From NCBI GenBank assembly GCA_052279835.1, contig CP181291.1, positions 4,480,001-4,544,000 of the forward strand: DNA of 64,000 nt. Reading direction: 5' to 3'. The notes beneath the pieces are model-generated. The model had not been told where the DNA came from. It ran no database searches and was given only the letters and a program-made list of their open reading frames with translations. Position numbers and translations under genes: made by a program. The stretch comes from Microcoleus sp. Its GTDB lineage: Bacteria > Cyanobacteriota > Cyanobacteriia > Cyanobacteriales > Microcoleaceae. Shown here in pieces: positions 50,239-59,523 of this stretch; the stretch's first letter is position 1; each line of letters opens with the position of its first letter.

Positions 50239-51855
50239 ATGGCATCTACAATACGTCAAGACAAATCTGTCGATCGCACTAATTCCCGGTGGCTGCTGGG
50301 CTTATTGGCGATCGGTATTTTACTAGGCATCGGATTTCGAGGCTTTGAACTCGATCGTAAACTTTACTGGCACGACGAAGCCTACACCTCGCTGCGGGCT
50401 GCTGGTTTCACCAGACAAGAAATCGACGACGAACTATTCCAAAACCGGATTGTTCCCGCGCCGGAATTACAAAAATATCAGCGCATTAAACCAGGAAGTA
50501 CAGCAGCAGACACAATCAATTCTTTAGCACTAGAAGACCCACAGCATCCGCCTTTATACTTTCTGATGGCTCGCCTTTGGATGCAGGAATTTGGCAGTTC
50601 TCTGACAGCATCCCGTACTTTACCAGCACTATTAAGTTTGCTGTCCCTGCCTTTAATGTACGCTTTAGCTCAAGAACTTTTTGCCTCACGTTTAACGTCG
50701 TTATTAGCGACAGCACTGTTAGCCTTATCTCCCTTTGATATCTTATTTGCTCAGACCGCAAGGCAGTATAGTTTACTGACAGTAACAGTTATTGGCAGTA
50801 GTTTGCTGCTGCTGAGAGCCGTGCGGTTGCAGCGTTGGAAAAATTGGGTGTTATATGGATTGTCGATCGCTCTTGGTTTATACACCCATCCTTTTTTTAT
50901 CTTAACACTAATTGCACAGGGCATATTTATCCTGTGTTACTGCCTGTTTTTTGCCAAAACTAAATGGCGCGGTCATGTAATTAATTCGCATTTTTTCTTG
51001 TCAGTAATAGGTGGTTTGATTATTTATGCTCCTTGGATTTACGTCCTAGGGACTAATCTGCAAAGAGCTTCAGATACTACAGATTGGACGCGAGTTGCTC
51101 CCGGATTGCTTTATTTGGTCAAATTGTGGATTTTGAGTTTTACGGCGCTCTTTTTTGACTTAGAGTTCGGTTTTTATAGTATTTGGACTTTTCTGGCTCG
51201 ACTGCCATTTTTGATTATAATTGTAGCAGGTATTTACCAAATATTTCACCGCACCAGCAGTGCCCATAGGTTATTTATTTTACTATCAATTTTTGTTCCT
51301 TTTTTGATGTTAGCCTTGCCGGATATAATCATCGGCGGTAAACGTTCTGCTGTGAGTCGTTATCTAATTTCCTGCTTTCCGGGAGTGCAGCTAGTGGTGG
51401 CTTATTTCCTCGCAAATAGTGTCAAAAATCGGCAGCGGTTCTGGGAATTCATTTTGGCTGGGGTATTTACCGCAAGTATAGTATCTTGCGTTGTTAGCGC
51501 TTTTGCTGATACTTGGTGGAGCAAAGACGTGAGCTATTTTAATGCTGAAGTCGCCCAGAAGATTAATCAAGAGGCGATCGCTAATCGGTCAATCAAAGAT
51601 ACAATTGTAATTAGCGATCGCGGCAACGATTTTACGAATATGGGCGATTTGCTTTCTGTGAGCTATTTGCTTGACAAAGACGTGCGGCTGATGTTAATGA
51701 GTCAGTCACCAGACCTGGAGATGCTGAACAAATATTCGGCTCCCCTGGTGTTTCGGCCTTCGGAAAAATTGCGATCGGCATTTAAACGAAATCAACTGCG
51801 GTTAGAGCCTGTATTAGCGAACGCTAGACTTTTTCGAGTGCGACGCTCCGCCTAG
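50239..51855 (+). CDS. Glycosyltransferase family 39 (PMT-like) membrane protein
   Basis: 'YWHDE', 'QHPPLYF' and 'ARQYS' motifs; many TM helices. Confidence 0.88.
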   Translation: MASTIRQDKSVDRTNSRWLLGLLAIGILLGIGFRGFELDRKLYWHDEAYTSLRAAGFTRQEIDDELFQNRIVPAPELQKYQRIKPGSTAADTINSLALEDPQHPPLYFLMARLWMQEFGSSLTASRTLPALLSLLSLPLMYALAQELFASRLTSLLATALLALSPFDILFAQTARQYSLLTVTVIGSSLLLLRAVRLQRWKNWVLYGLSIALGLYTHPFFILTLIAQGIFILCYCLFFAKTKWRGHVINSHFFLSVIGGLIIYAPWIYVLGTNLQRASDTTDWTRVAPGLLYLVKLWILSFTALFFDLEFGFYSIWTFLARLPFLIIIVAGIYQIFHRTSSAHRLFILLSIFVPFLMLALPDIIIGGKRSAVSRYLISCFPGVQLVVAYFLANSVKNRQRFWEFILAGVFTASIVSCVVSAFADTWWSKDVSYFNAEVAQKINQEAIANRSIKDTIVISDRGNDFTNMGDLLSVSYLLDKDVRLMLMSQSPDLEMLNKYSAPLVFRPSEKLRSAFKRNQLRLEPVLANARLFRVRRSA

Positions 51856-51911
51856 GATTTCGACAGTATCAATAGACATAAATAGTTATATAGATTAGCG
51901 GAATCAAACCT

Positions 51912-53435
51912 ATGCAAGAGTTAAAAGATGTTGCGTCAGAATATGGCCAGCAATTTCGTAATCTTCAGAATGAATTGCGGGAAAATTGGCACAAAAACGA
52001 AGAATTCGACGGCGGAGATTGTGACATCATCGTCATTCCTTCTATCAGTTTAGATCAGCAAGAAATGCAGAAAGTTCCAGGTGCTTACCACTACGAAGAA
52101 CGGCATTTGTTTTCGTTGATTCGTCTGCGAAATCCTCGCACGCGCCTGATTTATATTACTTCCGAGCCACTGCATCCAATGATCGTTGATTATTACTTGC
52201 AATTACTCCCCGGAATTCCTTTTTCACACGCCCGCGATCGGCTTTTGCTATTCTCTACTTACGATGCTTCTCCCAAATCCCTCACCCAGAAAATTTTAGA
52301 GCGACCCCGGTTGATGGAACGGATTCGCTCTTCCGTGCGGCCGAGACAATCTTATATGGTTTGTTACAACTCCACCCCCTTAGAGCGGGAGTTATCTGTA
52401 AAGTTGGGAATTCCTTTGTGGGCAAGCGATCCAGATTTGCTCTACTGGGGAACAAAAAGTGGTAGCAGACAAATTTTTGAAGAAGCTGGTGTGCCTTATC
52501 CTGACGGTTCTGAGCTAGTTTGGAATGCGGCAGATTTAGCAGCAGCAGCAGCTCAACTGTGGGAACGCCAGCCCCATTTACAAAGAATCGTAATTAAGCT
52601 AAATGAGGGCTTTTCTGGAGAGGGAAATGCGATTTTAGAACTGAAATCCATCGCTCCTACAGCACTTGCGGAAAAAGCAAAAGTAATCCAGGATTGTTTC
52701 CCAAATTTGCGCTTTCAAGCAGCGGGAGAAAATTGGGAAAATTTCAGCAGTCGCATCCCCGAACTAGGGGCGATTGCCGAAGCATTTATCGAAGGAAAAG
52801 AAAAGCGATCGCCAAGCGTTCAAGGCAGAATTGTACCCAGTGGCGAAGTAGAAATTCTTTCAACCCATGACCAGATTTTAGGAGGTCCAGACGGTCAAAT
52901 TTTCTTGGGTTGCCGATTTCCGGCGGACGAATCCTATCGCATAGCGTTGCAAGAATTCGGCAGAAAAATCGGGCGTAACTTGGCAGAAAAAGGTGCTTTA
53001 GAGCAATTTGGCATAGATTATGTGGCTGTGCGGCAAGATGACGGTCTATGGGATATTCAAGCAATTGAAATTAACTTACGAAAAGGTGGCACAACTCATC
53101 CTTTTATGGCGCTGAAGCTGTTAACAAATGGTCGTTATGAGGGTGCTACGGGTGCATTTTATAGTCAGCAGGGCCGTCCGAAATATTATGTGGCTTCTGA
53201 TAATTTAAAAAAAGAGCGGTATCGGGGGTTGTTGCCGAATGATTTGATGGATATTATTGCGGATAATCAACTACACTTTGACAGCGGTACTGAAACTGGT
53301 ACGGTGTTTCATTTAATGGGTTGTTTGTCGGAATATGGTAAATTGGGATTGACAAGTATTGGCAATTCTTCCCAAGAGGCAGAGGAAATTTATAATAAAG
53401 TTGTGAAAGTTCTCGATCGAGAAACGTCATGCTAA
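51912..53435 (+). CDS. PGM1-related ATP-grasp peptide ligase
   Basis: 'HYEER', 'KLNEGFSGEGNA', 'SPSVQ', 'STHDQ' and 'IEINLRKGGTTHP'. Confidence 0.8.
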   Translation: MQELKDVASEYGQQFRNLQNELRENWHKNEEFDGGDCDIIVIPSISLDQQEMQKVPGAYHYEERHLFSLIRLRNPRTRLIYITSEPLHPMIVDYYLQLLPGIPFSHARDRLLLFSTYDASPKSLTQKILERPRLMERIRSSVRPRQSYMVCYNSTPLERELSVKLGIPLWASDPDLLYWGTKSGSRQIFEEAGVPYPDGSELVWNAADLAAAAAQLWERQPHLQRIVIKLNEGFSGEGNAILELKSIAPTALAEKAKVIQDCFPNLRFQAAGENWENFSSRIPELGAIAEAFIEGKEKRSPSVQGRIVPSGEVEILSTHDQILGGPDGQIFLGCRFPADESYRIALQEFGRKIGRNLAEKGALEQFGIDYVAVRQDDGLWDIQAIEINLRKGGTTHPFMALKLLTNGRYEGATGAFYSQQGRPKYYVASDNLKKERYRGLLPNDLMDIIADNQLHFDSGTETGTVFHLMGCLSEYGKLGLTSIGNSSQEAEEIYNKVVKVLDRETSC

Positions 53436-53473
53436 ATCTGCTGGAATGATATCACCCATCAACCCACAAACCC

Positions 53474-53612
53474 CGGCGGTTGAAACCGCGTCTACACAAA
53501 TGAAACCCGACGAGAGCGGGTTGAAGAATCGATCGCACAGTGCTCTGAAATTCCATATTTCTTAGTCCGCGGAGGCGGACATCGTTTGTATAGACGCGGT
53601 TTCCAACCGCCG
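53474..53612. repeat. REP doublet forming a long imperfect palindrome
   Basis: CGGCGGTTGAAACCGCGTCTA ... TAGACGCGGTTTCCAACCGCCG. Confidence 0.8.
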
Positions 53613-53628
53613 AGAATTTGAATGGTAG

Positions 53629-54237
53629 CTAATTTGTAGGGGGATAAAGGGGCGAAGAGTCGATGGAACCTGTACGATTGAGAGGCCAAAAACGCACAAT
53701 TGCCCTACCAATAATATTGGGCTTGGGTACATAGCCCCAATAGTGACTGTCGCAGCTTTGGTTGCGGTTGTCGCCGAGCACCAAGTAAGAGTTTTGAGGT
53801 ACTACTGCTGGCCCATAGGGATAATGGGGAATTTCTTCAATATATTTTTCCTGTAGGGGCTGCTTGTTGATATAAACTTTTCCCTCTCTGACTTCCACGC
53901 TGTCTCCTGGAAGTCCAATTACTCGCTTAATATAGGCATCTTTGATCGGCGGTGGCTGTCCCGTACACAAGCTGGCCGAGTCTGGAGGCGTAAATACGAT
54001 AATATCTCCTCGGTGAGGATCTTGAAATCGATAGCTCACCTTATCGATAATTAAGCGATCGTTAATTTGCAAAGTGGGGAGCATCGAACCTGTGGGAATG
54101 TAACGAGCTTCGGCAACCAGAGTGCGGATGCCAAAGGCTAAGACTGCTGCTAACCCGATGGTCTTAATTCCTTCTATCCAAGGGTTTTCGGTGTCCTGGG
54201 GTGGTTTTTCGTCGCCTGACTTGTCTAAACGAGTCAT
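53629..54237 (-). CDS. lepB: Signal peptidase I
   Basis: '[10 protein letters not shown]', '[10 protein letters not shown]' and '[14 protein letters not shown]'. Confidence 0.95.
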   Translation of the reverse strand: MTRLDKSGDEKPPQDTENPWIEGIKTIGLAAVLAFGIRTLVAEARYIPTGSMLPTLQINDRLIIDKVSYRFQDPHRGDIIVFTPPDSASLCTGQPPPIKDAYIKRVIGLPGDSVEVREGKVYINKQPLQEKYIEEIPHYPYGPAVVPQNSYLVLGDNRNQSCDSHYWGYVPKPNIIGRAIVRFWPLNRTGSIDSSPLYPPTN

Positions 54238-54469
54238 AGAGTATTGTAGTGACTGAGCTGGATACCAATTTTGACACTCCCTGTCCGTCAATAGACAGGG
54301 ATTATTCAATCATTTTACATTATAAATTTACTAATATCAACAATTAGAATCAAAGAACTAAACAACTAATATTTTTTAAGTAAATTTATGTTTCTTAGTA
54401 TTCAGTCAACTATTTTAAGTATAAAATGTTTCCCAGCTAGCAAGCTGTTTACTCAATTAATTGTATCTT

Positions 54470-55795
54470 ATGGCTCCCACATCAAGTTTGTCGATCCGCC
54501 ACGCTCGTATTCTTTTGCCCAATGGTGAGTTTTTGCTAGGGGACGTGCAAATCTGCGATGGCAAAATAGTCGGAGTTGCTGCTGAAATTGTCGCATCGGG
54601 CGATCTAGAAATAGACGCGAGCGGTTTAACTTTGTTACCGGGAGTAATTGACCCCCAGGTACACTTCCGCGAACCGGGTTTGGAACACAAGGAAGATTTG
54701 TTTACGGCTAGCTGTGCTTGCGCTAAAGGCGGTGTTACCTCGTTTTTGGAAATGCCGAATACACGACCTCTGACCACCACTCAAGCTGCTTTAGATGATA
54801 AATTGCGCCGCGCGGCCGAGAAGTGTTTGGTGAATTATGGCTTTTTTATTGGAGCAACCTCTGAAATCTTACCAGATTTATTGAGCGCCAATCCGACATC
54901 GGGAATTAAAGTTTTCATGGGTTCGATGCACGGCGACTTATTGATGGATGACGCAGCAGTTTTAGAGGCGATTTTTGCTAAGGGCGATCGGCTAATTGCG
55001 GTACACGCCGAAGACCAAGCTAGAATTAATCAGCGTCGTCAGGAATTTGCCGGGATTTCTGATGTGGCGATTCACTCACAAATTCAAGACAATCAAGCTG
55101 CTTTGTTGGCTACTCAGCTAGCTGTGAAACTTTCTAAAAAATATGAGCGCCGTCTGCATATTCTGCATCTATCTACCGGAGAAGAAGCGGAGTTTTTGCG
55201 CCAAGAAAAACCTAGTTGGGTGACAGCCGAAGTGACACCACAGCATTTGTTGTTAAATACCAGTGCCTATGAAACTATTGGCAGTTTAGCTCAAATGAAT
55301 CCACCTTTGCGATCGCCCCGCGATAACGAAATACTGTGGCAAGCTTTACTCGACGGCGTAATTGATTTTATCGCCACGGATCACGCGCCACACACCTTAG
55401 CCGAAAAAGCTCAAACTTATCCAAATACACCGTCAGGAATGCCCGGTGTTGAAACTTCTTTGCCTTTGATGCTGACCGAAGCTATGAAGGGAAGGTGTAC
55501 AGTTGCTCAAGTTGCTAATTGGATGTCAACGGCAGTTGCTAAGGCTTATAAGATTCCGAATAAGGGTAAAATAGCCCCTGGTTTTGATGCGGATTTGGTC
55601 TTAGTAGATTTGGAGAAGTATCGCCCGGTTGTGCGAGAAGAAATGGCGAGTAAATGTGGCTGGAGTCCCTTTGAAGGTTGGAACTTGACTGGCTGGCCTG
55701 TGGTGACAATTGTGGGAGGAAAAGTGGTTTTTGAGAATGGGAAATTGGATACAAATGTGAGGGGAAAAGCCTTGACATTTGACGCAGATATGTAG
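54470..55795 (+). CDS. pyrC: Dihydroorotase
   Basis: 'DPQVHFREPG', 'EMPNT.P', 'MNPPLR' and 'ATDHAPH'. Confidence 0.9.
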   Translation: MAPTSSLSIRHARILLPNGEFLLGDVQICDGKIVGVAAEIVASGDLEIDASGLTLLPGVIDPQVHFREPGLEHKEDLFTASCACAKGGVTSFLEMPNTRPLTTTQAALDDKLRRAAEKCLVNYGFFIGATSEILPDLLSANPTSGIKVFMGSMHGDLLMDDAAVLEAIFAKGDRLIAVHAEDQARINQRRQEFAGISDVAIHSQIQDNQAALLATQLAVKLSKKYERRLHILHLSTGEEAEFLRQEKPSWVTAEVTPQHLLLNTSAYETIGSLAQMNPPLRSPRDNEILWQALLDGVIDFIATDHAPHTLAEKAQTYPNTPSGMPGVETSLPLMLTEAMKGRCTVAQVANWMSTAVAKAYKIPNKGKIAPGFDADLVLVDLEKYRPVVREEMASKCGWSPFEGWNLTGWPVVTIVGGKVVFENGKLDTNVRGKALTFDADM

Positions 55796-55985
55796 GGGAG
55801 AAGCATTCGGGAGACAATCAATGAAAGATACGCAAAGTATGGTACCCGAATGCAACGCCTGGCCCCAACCAAAAATCCAGATTCAGAATTCCCCATCGCG
55901 GTTTACCTGTGGGTTTGGGCGAAGCATTTGGGTCATTATTCACCCATACCCTATCAGATTTTTTACCCAAATGCTTCGCCCCTAC
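55791..55985. repeat. REP cluster (GTAGGGG.GAAGCATT ... AATGCTTCGCCCCTAC family)
   Basis: Two imperfect hairpins between the convergent pyrC and tsaE; a related end lies near 62075-62089. Confidence 0.75.
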
Positions 55986-56461
55986 GGGTGATGGAATGAA
56001 TCAGGATTGTATAAGGGCAAATCCTGTAATTGCCAATCACCAATCAATTCAATTTGTCGCCCACTCTCGCAATAATTTAAACAAATTTGCAAATAATTAT
56101 CTGGTTTGTAAGGCAATTTTTCCGCCCATTCGATCGCTACAATTCCCAAATCCATTTCTAATCCGTCCCAATAACTTTCTAAGTGCAAAGCCTCCACTTC
56201 GTCTGTTTCTAAGCGATACAAGTCTAAATGATAAAGAGGAATTCTCCCTGTTAAATACTCGTTTATGAGGGTAAAAGTAGGACTTTCAATGGAATCTTGA
56301 ATTTCTAAACCTTCAGCGATGCCTTGCACTAAAGTAGTTTTGCCAGCACCCAAATCTCCTTCTAATAAGATGACAGTGCCGGGGGGCAGCGATCGCCCTA
56401 ATGTTACACCCAACTGGCGCGTAGCTTCCGCATCGGGAAGAGAAAGTATGATTTTAGTCAT
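55982..56461 (-). CDS. tsaE: tRNA threonylcarbamoyladenosine biosynthesis ATPase
   Basis: GDLGAGKT, SPTF, HLDLYRL and IEW motifs. Confidence 0.96.
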   Translation of the reverse strand: MTKIILSLPDAEATRQLGVTLGRSLPPGTVILLEGDLGAGKTTLVQGIAEGLEIQDSIESPTFTLINEYLTGRIPLYHLDLYRLETDEVEALHLESYWDGLEMDLGIVAIEWAEKLPYKPDNYLQICLNYCESGRQIELIGDWQLQDLPLYNPDSFHHP

Positions 56462-56465
56462 TAAC

Positions 56466-57867
56466 TTAAATATTTTGGGCGCGACTGTACCAACGCAGCA
56501 ACATCCCAGCTAATCTCTGAGAATTGTGACGAATTAAACCGGTATTTTGATCTTCATCCATCACATTCGCAATCACAATTCGCCGCCCCAATTGCGTTAC
56601 TGCTTCTCGATCGAGTACCACAGGATAGGAATTCTCCTGAGAATAACGGATCAAAGCCTTTGCAGAAGGGACTTTTCCTTGAACTACTACAGCATCAAAT
56701 AGTGGCCGGCCGCAAGCACGGTCGATCGCCCGAATATGATCCGCTACCGTATATCCATCAGTTTCCCCCGGCTGAGTCATAATATTGCAGACATAAATGC
56801 GCGGAACTTGACTATTGGCGATCGCCTCAGCAATTTCCGGCACCAACAAATTCGGAATTACACTCGTATATAGACTCCCTGGCCCAATAATCATAAAATC
56901 AGCTTCCTGAAGCCCTTCCACAGCCCTCGGCAAAGCCGGAGGATTAGCAGGAGTGCAGCCTATTTTGAGGATTTGCCCGTTAGCTTTGGTAATGCTGGAC
57001 TCCCCCTCGATTCTCCGGCCGTCGGCCAGTTCTGCCCACAAAGAAACATCGCTCAGAGTAGCCGGCAGCACTTCCCCCCTCACGGCTAAAACTTTAGAAC
57101 TAGCGGCGATCGCCTGTTCCAAGTCTCCAGCAATATCGCTCATCGCCGTCAAAAACAAATTCCCAAAACTGTGACCAACCAAACCGTCACCGGCCCGAAA
57201 ACGATATTGAAACAACTCAGTCAATAACTTTTCCTCATCAGCCAAAGCAGCCAAACAATTGCGAATATCACCCGGTGGTAGCACCCCAATTTCTCGGCGC
57301 AGGCGTCCCGAAGAACCGCCGTCATCGGCCACGGTGACAATAGCAGTGATTTTGGCACTATAGTCCTTCAATCCTCTCAGCAAATTGGACAGACCTGTAC
57401 CGCCACCGAGGGCGACTATTTTCGGTCCGCGGTGCAACCTGCGGTGGTTGAGGAGTCGATCGACCAATTCCTCGTTTCCTTCGGGCATCAGCACTTGAGT
57501 AATTGAGTTCAAACTGCGGGTTTGTCCCCACAGAATCAACAAAATCCCGGTGGCGATGACTAGGGGACCCGATATGTAATTGGGAACGACTTCCGCAATC
57601 CACGCCAAAAAATTTCTCAATAATTGCAACAAAAAGAAAATGGGAGTCATCCCAGTCCAAATTGCTAAACCCAAACTGGCAAGTACCACACCGCTAGCAC
57701 TGATCAGCAGCCAGCGTTTCACCAACAGTCCCGGGGGATAACCACTTAAACCACTGGTGAACTCGCCCGTTTCGTAAAGAGGAAGGGTAAGGATTTCTGG
57801 ATTTGGTCACAACCTGTCTGGTTTTAGCCCAAACACGGAGGGCTTTGGGAAATGAACTAATTGACAT
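56466..57867 (-). CDS. yvcK: YvcK/CofD-like (UPF0052) protein; apparent +1 frameshift at 57730-57737
   Basis: GGGTGL, DDGGSSG, GHSFGNL and GPGSLYTS motifs. The upstream frame MSISSF...WFKWLSPG joins LLVKRW if one base is removed. Confidence 0.88.
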
Positions 57868-58031
57868 GGTTAATTAGTCTTAAGGGTATTGGAACAGCTA
57901 AACCTGACAAATTTAGAATACAAGAGAGTTTTGATTCTGACAGTCAATTTAAGTTATTAATCATTAGTCAAGACTGATTAGTCAATAGCTAGACTGATGA
58001 CTGGGGAATGATAACATCTTAATCGCATCTT

Positions 58032-58814
58032 ATGGATGAGCCGTTAATCGAACTCAAGGGGATAAGTAAGTCCTTCAATCAGACTCCAATCCTTGATGGA
58101 GTCGATCTGAAGATTTATCGGGGAGAGGCCCTGGCAATTATTGGTCCTTCTGGGACTGGGAAATCTACGATTTTGCGGATAATTGCGGGTTTGCTGGTTC
58201 CAGATGCCGGTGAGGTTTTTGTTCAGGGACAGCGCAGGATAGGATGGGTGGACGACGTGACCGATCCGATCGGGATTGGGATGGTGTTTCAGCAAGCGGC
58301 TTTGTTTGATTCGCTGACGGTGGAAGAGAATGTTGGTTTTTTACTGTACCAGCATTCTAAGCTGTCGCGTCGCCGGATTCGGGAATTGGTGGAGGAAAAA
58401 TTGGAGATGGTGGGTTTGCCCAAAATTGGCGATCGCTATCCAGCCCAGTTGTCTGGGGGAATGCGAAAGCGGGTCAGTTTTGCCCGTGCCATTATGGCTA
58501 ATCCCGATAATGCTAGGGATAATCCAGAGGTTTTGTTGTATGACGAACCGACGGCGGGTTTAGATCCCATTGCTTCGACGGTAATTGAAGATTTAATCCG
58601 CGATTTGCAGAGGGCTCAGGGTGTTTGCAGCACTTATGCGATCGTCACTCACCAAGACAGTACCATCCGTCGCACAGCCGATCGCATCGTGTTCCTGTAT
58701 CGAGGCAAGGTGCAGTGGGAGGGCCAAGTCAGCGACATTGCAACGACAGATAATTTATTAATTCAACAATTTTTTAGTGGCAGCGTTACTGGGCCAATTC
58801 AAGTCATTGGATAG
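58032..58814 (+). CDS. mlaF: MlaF/TGD3-like ABC transporter ATP-binding protein
   Basis: GPSGTGKS, LSGGMRKR and YDEPTAGLDP; upstream of an MCE gene. Confidence 0.85.
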   Translation: MDEPLIELKGISKSFNQTPILDGVDLKIYRGEALAIIGPSGTGKSTILRIIAGLLVPDAGEVFVQGQRRIGWVDDVTDPIGIGMVFQQAALFDSLTVEENVGFLLYQHSKLSRRRIRELVEEKLEMVGLPKIGDRYPAQLSGGMRKRVSFARAIMANPDNARDNPEVLLYDEPTAGLDPIASTVIEDLIRDLQRAQGVCSTYAIVTHQDSTIRRTADRIVFLYRGKVQWEGQVSDIATTDNLLIQQFFSGSVTGPIQVIG

Positions 58815-58902
58815 TCAATTGTCATTAGTCATTAGTCAGCAGTCATTAGTCAGCAGTCATTAGTCATTAGTCATTAGTCAGCAGTCATTAGTCAGCAGTC
58901 AT
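58812..58902. repeat. Heptamer array, 13 TAGTCAT-type units
   Basis: Starts at the mlaF stop codon; units counted directly. Confidence 0.92.
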
Positions 58903-59028
58903 TAGACATCTCCCAAAAAGCTTGTCAATAACAGGCAGGCGGTGTCCTGCCCTTCGACTACGCTCAGGAACCGCGTAGTCGAAGGGTCGAAGGGATGCCT
59001 GTTCCACAATAATTATGGGAGATGTCTA
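58903..59028. mobile_element. TA-bounded MITE of about 126 bp with an internal hairpin element
   Basis: TAGACATCTCCCA / TGGGAGATGTCTA terminal IRs; internal 14-bp stem CCCTTCGACTACGC / GCGTAGTCGAAGGG (58950-58986). Confidence 0.8.
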
Positions 59029-59052
59029 TTAGTTATTAGGAGCGAGGGTAAT

Positions 59053-59430
59053 ATGGCAACAAAAAGTTTTCAGGAATTGCGAGTTTATAAATTATCAGAA
59101 CGACTAGCTGATGAAATTTGGACAACTGTTAACACTTGGGAGCCATTTGCCAAAAATACGATCGGCCAACAAATTGTCCGTTCAGCCGATAGCGTCGGTG
59201 CTAACATAGCAGAAGGAGTCGGACGAGGCAGCTATCAAGACAATAGACGTTTTGTCAAGATAGCTAGAGGTTCTTTATATGAAACTCAACACTGGTTGAG
59301 ACGAGCTTACACTCGAAACCTTTTAACTGTTGAACAAGTCAATATATTCACAGTAATTATTAATGACTTAGCCCCTCAATTAAACTCATACCTACAATCT
59401 ATCGGGTCATCCCCAAAAAATCATGACTAA
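59053..59430 (+). CDS. Four-helix-bundle protein (23S rRNA IVS protein/Avd-like family)
   Basis: 'FQELRVY', 'QIVRSADSVGANIAEG.GR' and 'RFVKIARGSLYETQHWL'. Confidence 0.92.
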   Translation: MATKSFQELRVYKLSERLADEIWTTVNTWEPFAKNTIGQQIVRSADSVGANIAEGVGRGSYQDNRRFVKIARGSLYETQHWLRRAYTRNLLTVEQVNIFTVIINDLAPQLNSYLQSIGSSPKNHD

Positions 59431-59513
59431 TGACTAATGACTAATGACCAATGACTAATGACCAATGACTAATGACTAATGACCAATGACTAATGACTAA
59501 TGACCAATGTCTA
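59423..59513. repeat. Heptamer array, 13 ATGACTA/ATGACCA units (inverse of 58812-58902)
   Basis: Includes the stop codon of the four-helix-bundle gene and ends at the AGGAGG RBS of mlaD. Confidence 0.92.
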
Positions 59514-59523
59514 AGGAGGTCCT

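Noticed and set aside
58942..59052. N-terminal extension of the four-helix-bundle ORF
   Set aside because: Derived from the MITE; the family-like sequence starts at ATG 59053
59053..59430. Diversity-generating retroelement (Avd-like gene)
   Set aside because: No reverse transcriptase and no template/variable repeat pair with adenine-specific mismatches in the window
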